From a virus (Duplodnaviria > Caudoviricetes), in the IMG/VR virus record IMGVR_UViG_3300033067_000202, positions 1 to 51,222 of that record: a DNA stretch of 51,222 nucleotides; one strand, 5' to 3'. Made by a program: the position numbers and the translations under genes. Positions 19,405 through 28,719 of the stretch are shown piece after piece (position 1 is the first letter of the stretch; each line of letters starts with the position of its first letter). Below the pieces are notes generated by a model. The model was not told the DNA's origin and did no database searches. It saw nothing but the letters and a program-made list of their open reading frames with translations.

Positions 19405-22400
19405 TGGCTAATTTCTGGGATAACGACCCTATTGTGGGGTCTGATACTACAGCTACGACTAACTTTTGGGAAAAAGACCCGATTGTTGACACTAGTGCTG
19501 CACCTGAAGATAAGTTAAATCCTCAAGTTCAAGCAGACATAGATTCAGCTAGTAATCCAGTTGATAACAATAAGCCTATAGACCTTAATCCTACAGAAAC
19601 TCCGGGAGAATCTAAGGGATTATTTGGTGACTTTATTAATGCTTATAGAAGACGTACTGGTGAGGTAGCTCAAGGTATTGACCAGAATATAAATGAACCA
19701 TTTAAGAATGATAATAGTGGCCCTGAGTGGTTACAGCATATTGGTGATGTAGGCTCTAGAGTTGGTTCTAGTGCTATGGGTATGCTTGATGTAGCTACTA
19801 CAACTCCTATAGCCTCAGGACTAGAAGCTGGTGTAACTAAACCTGTCATGAGAGCTTTAACACCTGAAAATGCTTCTCCTGAAACTAAAGCTAAGATAGA
19901 CCAAGCTGCTATAGATACTGCTGATTTAGGCGCTATGGCTTTACTTGCTGGTGCTCCTAGTAAGAAAGCAGGAGTAATTGATAGGTCTAAACCACCTATA
20001 CTAGATGCTGCACAATATGAAGAAGGTGCTAAACAGACTGCCTTAGCTCAAGTAGCTTTAGGTGCACGTAATCCTACAACTTTAACTGCTGAACAGATAG
20101 CTAAATCTGCACCTGTAGAAAAGACTACTTCAGGACTAGTTGATAATGTACATTCAGCTATTGATAAAGATATAACTGATACTCAAGGTAAGCTAGATAA
20201 ACTTAAAGCAGACCTAGATTCAGGTAAAATAAGTAAGATAAAGTTTGAGAAATCAAGTGCTGGACTAACTAAGAAACTAGATAAGTACAATGCTGAGAAG
20301 TCTGCTACTGGTATAGATTCAGTTTCTAAACCTTTAACTGATGAACAATTTAAAACTAATATAGCTGACCCTGTAGACAATGCTCTTGCTTCTGGGGTTG
20401 AACCTGCACAGATTGAAAAAGAACTTAGAGAAAACCTAGCTGCTTCAGGACTGCATCCAGACCATATTGATGATATAGTAGCTAAAGCCATACCTCCAAA
20501 GCCTCCTATTGAATTAGATGCTCCTACTGCTAGTAAGGCGTATGAAGCTACTAATACTATTAAAGCTAATCCTAATGATAAATTAGTAACTGCTGATGAG
20601 ATGGAAAAGATTCTTAATGGCACTGGAACTCAATTATCTACTAAATTTAACAATGACTTAAGTCCTTTTTATGGAATCTCTAGATACTTCTCTAAGAAGA
20701 ATGGGGGAAGGTATTTTAGTGGTGATAACGTGGTGGGAGATTACAGACTAGCCCGTATAACCAATGAGAGAGAACAAGGTAATAAGATACTGCCGGGACT
20801 TATTGGTACTGAAGATGGTGCAGTAAAGAATATTGAACAGATGACTAAAGAAGGTGTCGTAGTTGATAACTTCAAGGTTAAACCTTATCATACTATTCAA
20901 AAAGAAGCTATTGATGCTGGTATAGCTCCTGAGAAGATTAATGAGTTCAGACTTGCTGCTAATGCTCTAGATGACTATAATAATATTAGTGGTAGAGTAG
21001 CTAAACTTAATGAAGACATAGGCAAACTTAAAGCTGGTATTACACCTGAGAATAAGGCTAAAGTAACTGCTGCTATTAAGGATAAAACTGCTGAACTTAA
21101 AGAACTAGCTGGTAAAAAGACTTATCAAGGTTATATAGACCGTGAGGGTAACAGAGTTGCTTTGTCTCAAGATAGGGCTAAACAAGTTTTTAATGAGTTC
21201 TCTAGTACTGAAGCTGGCAAGAAATACATGCAGGACATGAAGGACTTCTCTGGACATTTAGTTGATATGAGAGTTGAAGCAGGTCTATTATCTAAAGAAG
21301 AAGGTGAAGCTCTTAAAGCCTCCCATCCATTCTATTTGTCTGCACAACGTGACGTAGAGAATTATGCTGACTTACAGAAGTTTATATCTTCTAAAGGTGC
21401 ATCTACTGGTGTACAAAAACGTAATATAGGAGAATCAGATTACACGGGAGACCCTGTAGAGAATACTGTAATGAATATTATGGGTACTGCTAGGTCTACT
21501 CAACGTAATCGTGAACGTCAACAGATGCTAGAAAGCCTATTAGAACACTTAGATGATGGTGCGTTCCAGAAGGTATTCCGTGAGTCTAAAGCTGATGTAA
21601 TGGCTGCTATACAAAATGCTAAACATAATCCAGAAGCTCCTAAAGTAACTTCAGCCACAGATATTACTAGAACTCCAGAAGGTAAACTAGAGAACACTGG
21701 TAACTTCTCTGTATTCTATAATGGTAAACGTATTGATTTAACTGTTAAAAAGACAGGTGGGGATAACTTTATGTTAAACTCATTAACTCGTCCTACTACA
21801 TTTGATAATACATTTGAACATGGTTGGAAAGATGCTGCATATAATACTTTACTAGGGGCATCTCAAATTAAACGTAACCTTATAACTACATATAATCCTA
21901 TATTTTCAATAGGCTCTATGCTTAGGGAATCAATGGGCTATGCTTTTACTGCTGATGCTAAAGCTGTAGGTAGAGCTAATCTATATAAACCTTGGAAGAC
22001 ATTTACTACTGCTAACCAGTTACGTAATGACCCTGAACTATATAAAATGTTAAGACAGAATATCTCTCCGGGAGTATTATATAGGGATTATCAGAATGTT
22101 GGTGGGACTGAATTAGTAAATAAAGTCGCTAAGTCTAAGAATTTTTATAATGAAGAATCTAAACTAAGTAAAGTAGGAAGTGCTATTAAAGCACCATTAA
22201 AACCTATTGCACATAACCTAGAGGAATTTGCTCAGTATTCAGATATAGCCACTCGTGCTAGGTATTATAATGATGTTAAAGCTACATTAGTTAAACAAGG
22301 TATGGCTGAAGAACAGGCTAATGCTACAGCTCTCGCTGCTGCTAGAAGGCTAGGAACTAATTACCAAGAACAGGGTGCAGCTACAATATTCAATAGATAC

Positions 22401-24416
22401 AAAGCTTTAACACCCTTTCTTAAAACTACAGTTAACTCTATTACTAAAGATTTCAATGCTCTACGCTATCGTCCTCAACAGGTGGCTGAAGCTACTGGTG
22501 TACTTGCAGGTTTAGTATATACTGTTAATCAATATAATAAACAATTTGGTGGTACTGGTAATATTGACCCTAAGATACGTGAAGGCAATATCATAGTTAA
22601 AACTGGTACTGGCCCTGATGATTATGTAAAGATACCCGGCCCATTTTCATTCTATGGTAGGGAATCGAATCTATTGGCTGAAGGTCTGGATACAGCATTT
22701 ACATCAATGGCACAGAAGATAGTTGATACTCAAGATAAAGCTGCTAATGAGGTACTTAAACAGTATCCTAATAGTAATCTATCTGCTGATGATTTAAGCA
22801 CATTAATGTTTGATGCCCTTATTGGACAGGTTAATATCAACTCATTAGTACCTATTGGTGCTTCTACTGGTGCTGAATTAGCCTTTAATAGAGATGCTTT
22901 TGGTAAGCAGATACTACCAGATTTCATGAAGAAATTAGACCCTAGTGAACAAGTACTGCCAGGAAAAACCTCTCAGGCAGCTATTGAACTAGGTAAGAAA
23001 ACTGGCATGAGTCCTGTAACTTTGGACTATATTATCACTAGTAACTTAGGTGGTTTGGGGGATATGCTGCTTAGTGGTTCTAATATGATTATTAGTGCAG
23101 CTAAAGGTAAAGAACAACCTGAAATGGATTTAGGTCGTCTACTGCCGGGGGTTGACAGATTCTCTGGATATGGCTCTAAAGTACCTAAAGAAGGTTTAGA
23201 ACAAGAGTATAGTAGGCTAGGTGCTCAGTTAAAACAGATTGATGCTACATTAACTAAGAAAGCTAGTAATGCTAACTTAGACCCTGAAGCACGTAAAGAC
23301 TATTTGGCTTATGCTGAGAAGAATAAAGAGCTTATTAAACTGTATAAAACTATGGTTGAACCTACAGATAATAAGATAAGTGATATTTATAAGAATCTTA
23401 ATAGACTTCAATCTGGTGGGGATTTAAAGAATGAATCAACCCCTAATAAAGAACTATTAGGAGACCCTAAACTTAAGGCTAAGATAGATTCTCTACGTAA
23501 TGAAGCCAATGATGCTAGAGAGAAAGTATTAAATGCTATTAAAGAACATAAGGATAGGTATGGAGATTTATGGGAAACAAGACTTCCTGTAACATCACAA
23601 ACTGATACAATATTAGCTCCATTTAGGTCTAATACTACTAATACAGAAGTTACTCCTAAGAGTGCTCCTACTTCTAGTAGAGAAGACCGTCTAGACAAAT
23701 TGAGAAAGATGTTTGGAGAAAGTGGGGATAAAGGAGATACCACTATGTATACTACTACTATAGAACCAATGAGTTATACTGGCAGTATGGTACAAGAAGA
23801 AGTTGCTCAAGATAATGAAGATGAAGCCTATAAACCGGGTTTCTTTGAAAAATATACCCCAGAATTAAGGAAAAATGTTGTGAATAAATATAAAGATTTT
23901 ATTGTAAATCGTACACTTAAACTAGAAGGTGATGATAAGTACACTGAACACGTTGAAAATGGTAAGGTAACTCCTACTAAATTTGGCGTAACTTTGGATA
24001 CTTTGAAACAGCAAAACCCCAACGCCACAGCTAAGGACGTCAGGGAATTAACTAGAGATAAAGCAGTGAGTATTTACAAGGATATATTCTGGGATAAAGC
24101 TCAAGTAGATAAAGCACCTATTGGTCTACAGGACTTAATATTTGATGGTAACATTAATCATGGTGTTCCGGGGATGACTAAAGTAATTCAACGTGCTTTA
24201 AATGATTTAGGTGCAGGTTTACAGATTGATGGTAATATGGGTAATAAGACCTTAAATAAACTAGATGAATATCCAGTAGAAAAGGTTAGAGCAGCTATAT
24301 TAGCTAGACGTAAATCCCTATATAATCAACATCCAGATGTTAAAAAGTTTGGTGCTGGTTGGATGGATAGATTAAGTCAAATGGAAGACATACCTAAAGA
24401 AGCAGAAGGAGCTTAA
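19404..24416 (+). CDS. large internal virion protein with C-terminal GH108 muramidase and peptidoglycan-binding domain
   Basis: N-terminal NFW..DPIV repeats; C-terminal LKLEG...TKFGVT...IYKDIFW...FDGNINHG...IDGNMGNKT...GWMDRL. Confidence 0.8.
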   Translation: MANFWDNDPIVGSDTTATTNFWEKDPIVDTSAAPEDKLNPQVQADIDSASNPVDNNKPIDLNPTETPGESKGLFGDFINAYRRRTGEVAQGIDQNINEPFKNDNSGPEWLQHIGDVGSRVGSSAMGMLDVATTTPIASGLEAGVTKPVMRALTPENASPETKAKIDQAAIDTADLGAMALLAGAPSKKAGVIDRSKPPILDAAQYEEGAKQTALAQVALGARNPTTLTAEQIAKSAPVEKTTSGLVDNVHSAIDKDITDTQGKLDKLKADLDSGKISKIKFEKSSAGLTKKLDKYNAEKSATGIDSVSKPLTDEQFKTNIADPVDNALASGVEPAQIEKELRENLAASGLHPDHIDDIVAKAIPPKPPIELDAPTASKAYEATNTIKANPNDKLVTADEMEKILNGTGTQLSTKFNNDLSPFYGISRYFSKKNGGRYFSGDNVVGDYRLARITNEREQGNKILPGLIGTEDGAVKNIEQMTKEGVVVDNFKVKPYHTIQKEAIDAGIAPEKINEFRLAANALDDYNNISGRVAKLNEDIGKLKAGITPENKAKVTAAIKDKTAELKELAGKKTYQGYIDREGNRVALSQDRAKQVFNEFSSTEAGKKYMQDMKDFSGHLVDMRVEAGLLSKEEGEALKASHPFYLSAQRDVENYADLQKFISSKGASTGVQKRNIGESDYTGDPVENTVMNIMGTARSTQRNRERQQMLESLLEHLDDGAFQKVFRESKADVMAAIQNAKHNPEAPKVTSATDITRTPEGKLENTGNFSVFYNGKRIDLTVKKTGGDNFMLNSLTRPTTFDNTFEHGWKDAAYNTLLGASQIKRNLITTYNPIFSIGSMLRESMGYAFTADAKAVGRANLYKPWKTFTTANQLRNDPELYKMLRQNISPGVLYRDYQNVGGTELVNKVAKSKNFYNEESKLSKVGSAIKAPLKPIAHNLEEFAQYSDIATRARYYNDVKATLVKQGMAEEQANATALAAARRLGTNYQEQGAATIFNRYKALTPFLKTTVNSITKDFNALRYRPQQVAEATGVLAGLVYTVNQYNKQFGGTGNIDPKIREGNIIVKTGTGPDDYVKIPGPFSFYGRESNLLAEGLDTAFTSMAQKIVDTQDKAANEVLKQYPNSNLSADDLSTLMFDALIGQVNINSLVPIGASTGAELAFNRDAFGKQILPDFMKKLDPSEQVLPGKTSQAAIELGKKTGMSPVTLDYIITSNLGGLGDMLLSGSNMIISAAKGKEQPEMDLGRLLPGVDRFSGYGSKVPKEGLEQEYSRLGAQLKQIDATLTKKASNANLDPEARKDYLAYAEKNKELIKLYKTMVEPTDNKISDIYKNLNRLQSGGDLKNESTPNKELLGDPKLKAKIDSLRNEANDAREKVLNAIKEHKDRYGDLWETRLPVTSQTDTILAPFRSNTTNTEVTPKSAPTSSREDRLDKLRKMFGESGDKGDTTMYTTTIEPMSYTGSMVQEEVAQDNEDEAYKPGFFEKYTPELRKNVVNKYKDFIVNRTLKLEGDDKYTEHVENGKVTPTKFGVTLDTLKQQNPNATAKDVRELTRDKAVSIYKDIFWDKAQVDKAPIGLQDLIFDGNINHGVPGMTKVIQRALNDLGAGLQIDGNMGNKTLNKLDEYPVEKVRAAILARRKSLYNQHPDVKKFGAGWMDRLSQMEDIPKEAEGA

Positions 24417-24417
24417 T

Positions 24418-24699
24418 ATGTGGGATACAATTATAAAATATGCTAAACAACCCTCTACTTGGAGGGGTATACTTTCAGTATTAGTTAGCTTTGGGATATT
24501 ACAAGTATCACCTGAAGTATCTGATGCTATAGTAGGTGTTATATTGCAGTTTATAGCATTTGGTGAAGGTGCTAAAGGCGTAATCAATATAATGAGAGAT
24601 GAAGGTAAACAAAAGGTAAAGAATGCCAATATACAAACAATTAGTGAGCCTCAGTCTAGTGCTGATACTGTTAACCAATTGCAGTCAGGCAAGTTCTAG
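24418..24699 (+). CDS. putative holin or i-spanin
   Basis: KQPSTWRG followed by two hydrophobic segments; follows the muramidase domain. Confidence 0.6.
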   Translation: MWDTIIKYAKQPSTWRGILSVLVSFGILQVSPEVSDAIVGVILQFIAFGEGAKGVINIMRDEGKQKVKNANIQTISEPQSSADTVNQLQSGKF

Positions 24700-24880
24700 A
24701 CCTATTGAAGCTATTCCTTGTGGGGTTTTAATACCTTACACAGAAGAATTTCAACAAGAGGCAAGTGAAGAATTAATTAACCTAGATGGTGAAGAAGGTT
24801 ATCAACACATCGTAACAATGGTAAATGATTACGCTAAAACACGTAAGTCTATTCGCACTTGTCTTAATGCCAAGTATTAA
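24623..24880 (+). CDS. putative lipoprotein o-spanin (Rz1-like)
   Basis: Signal peptide with LTNC lipobox-like motif; overlaps the preceding gene. Confidence 0.55.
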   Translation: MPIYKQLVSLSLVLILLTNCSQASSRPIEAIPCGVLIPYTEEFQQEASEELINLDGEEGYQHIVTMVNDYAKTRKSIRTCLNAKY

Positions 24881-24978
24881 TTAAACAATATACCTAGAAG
24901 TATTACATCAAAGATAGCCGTAATAGGCCATGCTTCATGATACTTCCAAAACTTAGTTAAAAGTAATGCAGTAAACAT
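24877..24978 (-). CDS. 33-aa hydrophobic peptide (not in ORF track)
   Basis: MFTALLLTKFWKYHEAWPITAIFDVILLGILFN; coupled to the upstream stop by TAATG. Confidence 0.5.
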   Translation of the reverse strand: MFTALLLTKFWKYHEAWPITAIFDVILLGILFN

Positions 24979-25568
24979 TATTTACCATCCGTTAAATCTT
25001 CAAGGAACGGTGGCTTGTAGTTCTGACCTTTAAGAATTTTACCATCTTCCCTAAGTTCAGGTTTACCATCATCTCCTAGTTTACTAAGATTAGAGATATG
25101 AACCCTACGGTAAGCCTCATTTAAATCCCATCCCATTGCATCTGCATAAGAATAAATAGCATATATTAGGTCTGAAAGTAATTCTTTAGTTACTTTACCT
25201 TCAGCTATTTCTGATACTAAATCTGTGATAGCATAATCATAAGAATCTTTAACTACAAACATAGTGGCTTTAGCTAGCTTATAATTACTTTGAATACTTA
25301 ATCCTAAGGTTACGTAAAGTAAATCTGCAAGCTCTTTTAGCTCATCATATTCCCTAGCATCCATGCTATAATATTCTTCAATCCATTCCTCATGTTCTTC
25401 TTCTACAAGGCTAATATAAACCTCTTTCATAGCTGAAGATACTTTAACATTAAACTTCTTAAAGAACTCTAGTTGCATACTCATAACAGTCTGTAAATCT
25501 ACAGAAGCTAGAAGTGAAGCAGGTTTAACTATACTTAGATTAGGCTTTATAGTGGGTTTAGTTTCCAT
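24978..25568 (-). CDS. MazG-like NTP pyrophosphohydrolase
   Basis: EEEHEE, KELADLLYV, RVHISNLSK...REDGKILKG.NY.PP. Confidence 0.85.
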   Translation of the reverse strand: METKPTIKPNLSIVKPASLLASVDLQTVMSMQLEFFKKFNVKVSSAMKEVYISLVEEEHEEWIEEYYSMDAREYDELKELADLLYVTLGLSIQSNYKLAKATMFVVKDSYDYAITDLVSEIAEGKVTKELLSDLIYAIYSYADAMGWDLNEAYRRVHISNLSKLGDDGKPELREDGKILKGQNYKPPFLEDLTDGK

Positions 25569-25878
25569 TTTGTTTCTCTCTTAATTTAATTTCATCATCA
25601 AGATACCACCTAGCTTTCTTTAAATCATCTAATGGTACAGTTGAGTTCTTAAGACCTTCTCTCCATAGGTATTTGACTACATTACCTAGATTGAAATTCA
25701 TATAGCGTGTTATTTGAATACATTCAACACCTTCAGGATGAGTAGTATAATGAGCAGGATGATTAACTATATCATTCTTAAACTCTGCTACTGTCCCTTC
25801 AAAAGGTTTAACTGTAGGTATAGGTGCAACATGCCTATGTCTATTTAAATGCCTAGTTAAAGAATCCTCTAGAGACAT
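25558..25878 (-). CDS. DUF3310 / T7 gp1.7-like nucleotide kinase family protein
   Basis: VNHPAHY, ECI, GNVVKYLWR, DLKKARWYL. Confidence 0.85.
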   Translation of the reverse strand: MSLEDSLTRHLNRHRHVAPIPTVKPFEGTVAEFKNDIVNHPAHYTTHPEGVECIQITRYMNFNLGNVVKYLWREGLKNSTVPLDDLKKARWYLDDEIKLREKQNGN

Positions 25879-26228
25879 GAAGCGTCCATTTGTTCAAGTA
25901 CTGAAAGCATTTCTTCTGGGGAATTGAACTTTAGAGTAGTACCAAGAGTACTGTTATCCCACGCAATACCAATAGACTTATCACTATTAGGACAATATGA
26001 ACTGATACGGTCAAGGTTGATACGTAGTCCTTGTAGCCCGACTGTGTTCACTACTATAAATGTTCCTGCTTTATTTGTCATTATTTTAGCTTCTTTCACT
26101 TCAATTGGTTTTACATATATTTCATCTTCTATATCCAAGGCATCCTCATATGAAGGTTCTTGAGGTACAAATTTAGTACCATCATCATTGTATTTACGGG
26201 GCTTACCACCCTTACCTTTTATAGTCAT
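25869..26228 (-). CDS. hypothetical protein
   Basis: ORF coupled to its neighbours. Confidence 0.6.
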   Translation of the reverse strand: MTIKGKGGKPRKYNDDGTKFVPQEPSYEDALDIEDEIYVKPIEVKEAKIMTNKAGTFIVVNTVGLQGLRINLDRISSYCPNSDKSIGIAWDNSTLGTTLKFNSPEEMLSVLEQMDASCL

Positions 26229-26650
26229 TATTTAACTTCCTTATCATCAAATGGAGGTAGATATTGATTAGTAATTGTTAGTCCACGGTTTCTATCTACA
26301 GTGATACTATTATACCTTAAAATACCGAAAATGTCAATCAAATCTTTTACTTCTTCTTCAGAAAAATCAGCACAAGAGTAAAGGTCAAATTCAAACTTAG
26401 CTGGACTATCTTCATCCCAAGTATGGACTGTACAGTTACTAGTCTCCAGTATAACCGTTCCTGTCATACCACGATTACCATTTTTATCACAGTAATATGA
26501 TTGTGGATTTTTAGCTAGGTCAGGACTAGAAGCTATCTGCATACCAATACGTTTAACCAGTAGTACTAGCCATGCTTCTAACTCAGCAGGGTCAGATGGT
26601 GGAGATTTGACTTCGGCACTAATCATTAGGTGTTTATGTTGTAAGCTCAC
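26228..26650 (-). CDS. speD: S-adenosylmethionine decarboxylase-like pyruvoyl enzyme
   Basis: HKHLMI, GMTGTVILETSN, HTWDE, DLYSC. Confidence 0.75.
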   Translation of the reverse strand: MSLQHKHLMISAEVKSPPSDPAELEAWLVLLVKRIGMQIASSPDLAKNPQSYYCDKNGNRGMTGTVILETSNCTVHTWDEDSPAKFEFDLYSCADFSEEEVKDLIDIFGILRYNSITVDRNRGLTITNQYLPPFDDKEVK

Positions 26651-26805
26651 TATGTTAGACTCCCATCATATGCTTTCATTTCAATCTCTTGTAACGCTGT
26701 ACGTACATAAAAAGCTAAATCAGAGGGGTTAATTTCTGAAATATCTAATTCTCTTGTATATACTTCTGTACCATCTTTATAAAGTTTAACTTCATATTTA
26801 TTCAT
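26650..26805 (-). CDS. 51-aa hypothetical protein (not in track), paralog of 26805-26960
   Basis: MNKYEVKLYKDGTEV...; AGGAG SD. Confidence 0.65.
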   Translation of the reverse strand: MNKYEVKLYKDGTEVYTRELDISEINPSDLAFYVRTALQEIEMKAYDGSLT

Positions 26806-26960
26806 TAATTATCTCCTTGATATAAATCTATTTCTAATTGTTTAATGTAATGTAATAATACTTTAGTGACTAAATTTTCTGGTATATCTTCCTCAAGATT
26901 AAGTATTTTATAATGCACAGGACGACTACCTTTATATAATTGTATGCTATACTGTGCCAT
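26805..26960 (-). CDS. 51-aa hypothetical protein (not in track)
   Basis: MAQYSIQLYKGSRPV...; TAATG coupling to the next gene. Confidence 0.6.
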   Translation of the reverse strand: MAQYSIQLYKGSRPVHYKILNLEEDIPENLVTKVLLHYIKQLEIDLYQGDN

Positions 26961-27735
26961 ATTTTTCTTTCAATGCTTTAATACCAATAAACTCAGGGTC
27001 ATAAGCACCATCAATACAGTTGTTTAACATTACTAAGCCTTTATACCACATTTTATTTGCTGGCCCAGCATAACCTTCCCATTGGTCTTCATCTAAAAAA
27101 CATCCAACTACAGTCGCCTGAATTTTATTTCCCTCAGCAGTTGTACGTTCAGCAAAATCTCGTAAATGACTATGCCCTTGGACACAAGACATAAACATTT
27201 TAGTAAGTAAAGAATGTGCTGTATGCTCACCACCTATAGGTCTGCCCATAACTCCTGATGTAAAATAATGACAATAAGCTATGCCATCAATTATAGTAGG
27301 TTCAAGAAAAGGTATTACATTCCAGCCAAATTCTTTATATTTAAGGTCATCAACAGATATAACATCCTCTAATTCGGCCTGAGTTTCAACTGCCCTATTA
27401 ATACGATATTCATGATTGCCTAATGTAAGATATAGTTCAGGTGTGTATTGTTTCTTTTTATTTTTACGTTGTTGTTCATTATACTCATTTAAAGGTTTAA
27501 ACATACGTTCTTGTGCATCAATTACAGCAGCTACATCATGTTTATATCTCCTACCTTCAAAGGATTTTTTACCTTTATCATAACTGCATAAAGACTCCAT
27601 TGAGGCCATATCACCTATATTTACAATAACATCAGGTTGTCTATCAACTATAAATTTACCTAATATATCAAATCTATTATTATTATATTCAGGAGTAGCA
27701 TGAGGGTCTCCTATAACTAAATGAGTTCTATACAT
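26947..27735 (-). CDS. calcineurin-like metallophosphoesterase
   Basis: GDPH, GD, GNHE, HY, GHSH motifs; probable start MYRTH. Confidence 0.85.
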   Translation of the reverse strand: MYRTHLVIGDPHATPEYNNNRFDILGKFIVDRQPDVIVNIGDMASMESLCSYDKGKKSFEGRRYKHDVAAVIDAQERMFKPLNEYNEQQRKNKKKQYTPELYLTLGNHEYRINRAVETQAELEDVISVDDLKYKEFGWNVIPFLEPTIIDGIAYCHYFTSGVMGRPIGGEHTAHSLLTKMFMSCVQGHSHLRDFAERTTAEGNKIQATVVGCFLDEDQWEGYAGPANKMWYKGLVMLNNCIDGAYDPEFIGIKALKEKYGTV

Positions 27736-27891
27736 ATTTTTTCTTAGCCTTTCCATAACCACCACCAGCACAATTTTCTCTACAAGTAACCCATCTAATA
27801 TTAGATAAACTATATCCTAATGAAGTATCAATTCTATCTATAGAAGGAGTAAGTTTTCTTTCATTTTCATTTCTTTAGGTGTTTTAGACAT
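27728..27891 (-). pseudogene. internally deleted, frameshifted HNH-type endonuclease remnant
   Basis: SD plus MSKTPKE, then out of frame PSIDRIDTSLGYSLSNIRWVTCREN. Confidence 0.65.
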
Positions 27892-28120
27892 CCGCTATTT
27901 CCTTTAAAGCGTTAGAGAGTTTGACTGCATCATTGAAGGTTATACCATACTGATTTAAATCCACTCTATTATCCTTAAAATAGGTAGCAATATAAACTTC
28001 TTCAGTTTTAGGGTTATCAGAAACTATAATTCTTATCCCTGATTCAAGTTGTAAGTCTTTAAACATTAGAAATGTCCTTGTTTTAATCTTCTTAATATAG
28101 TAGCACCTGAATCTTCCCAA
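27884..28120 (-). CDS. hypothetical protein (probable start MFKD at 28066)
   Basis: ORF; TAATG coupling at 28066. Confidence 0.55.
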   Translation of the reverse strand: MGRFRCYYIKKIKTRTFLMFKDLQLESGIRIIVSDNPKTEEVYIATYFKDNRVDLNQYGITFNDAVKLSNALKEIADV

Positions 28121-28719
28121 GTGCTTATTAGTTTCAGTAATGCTTTAAATTCACATTCAGTCATATTACCTTTAGCTGTATTCATGTTATGTGATGCTAA
28201 GCAAAGGTTATTTAAGTGATTTGTGCCACCTCTATTTAAAGGTTGTTTATGGTCTATGGTTACTTTATTATTACCTTTATTTATAGTTATAGGACTTAAT
28301 AATTCTCCTGAATAATAGCATATTCTAGGTTCAACATTAAGCCAAGTATATAATTCAGTAATAGTAGGAGTAGTAGCTTTTAATTCTTTAGTTTTAACTC
28401 TTGCTAATAGGCTTCCTCTTAATGTTCTAGCCCTAAGTAAAACAGGGTCTATTAATTTTAATCTTTCCCTTACTCGTTTATTACTTTTATTTCCTACTTC
28501 TCTATTTCTCTTGACATTCTTTTTTCTGTCTTTATCTATGCACTGTTTACATTGTGAAAATTTAATTTTCCTACTTTTAGAATTATAGAATAAATTCCAA
28601 GTTTTATATTCTTTACATAAAGTACATACTCTACCTAATTCATCCTTTAGAGTTTTACTACGTCGTTTAGATGGCTTCAAGTCTAAATCCTTTAAATACA
28701 GGGAATCTTGGTTTGCCAC
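28066..28719 (-). CDS. HNH homing endonuclease
   Basis: CTLC/CKQC zinc finger; IDHKQPLNRGG..HLNNL.....N..KG. True start is probably downstream of the track start. Confidence 0.85.
   Translation of the reverse strand: MANQDSLYLKDLDLKPSKRRSKTLKDELGRVCTLCKEYKTWNLFYNSKSRKIKFSQCKQCIDKDRKKNVKRNREVGNKSNKRVRERLKLIDPVLLRARTLRGSLLARVKTKELKATTPTITELYTWLNVEPRICYYSGELLSPITINKGNNKVTIDHKQPLNRGGTNHLNNLCLASHNMNTAKGNMTECEFKALLKLISTWEDSGATILRRLKQGHF

Noticed and set aside
2034-24629. Minus-strand and alternate-frame ORFs inside the structural genes (e.g. 11934-12464, 20183-20623, 6065-6433)
   Set aside because: Shadow ORFs overlapping well-supported genes, with no recognisable motifs.
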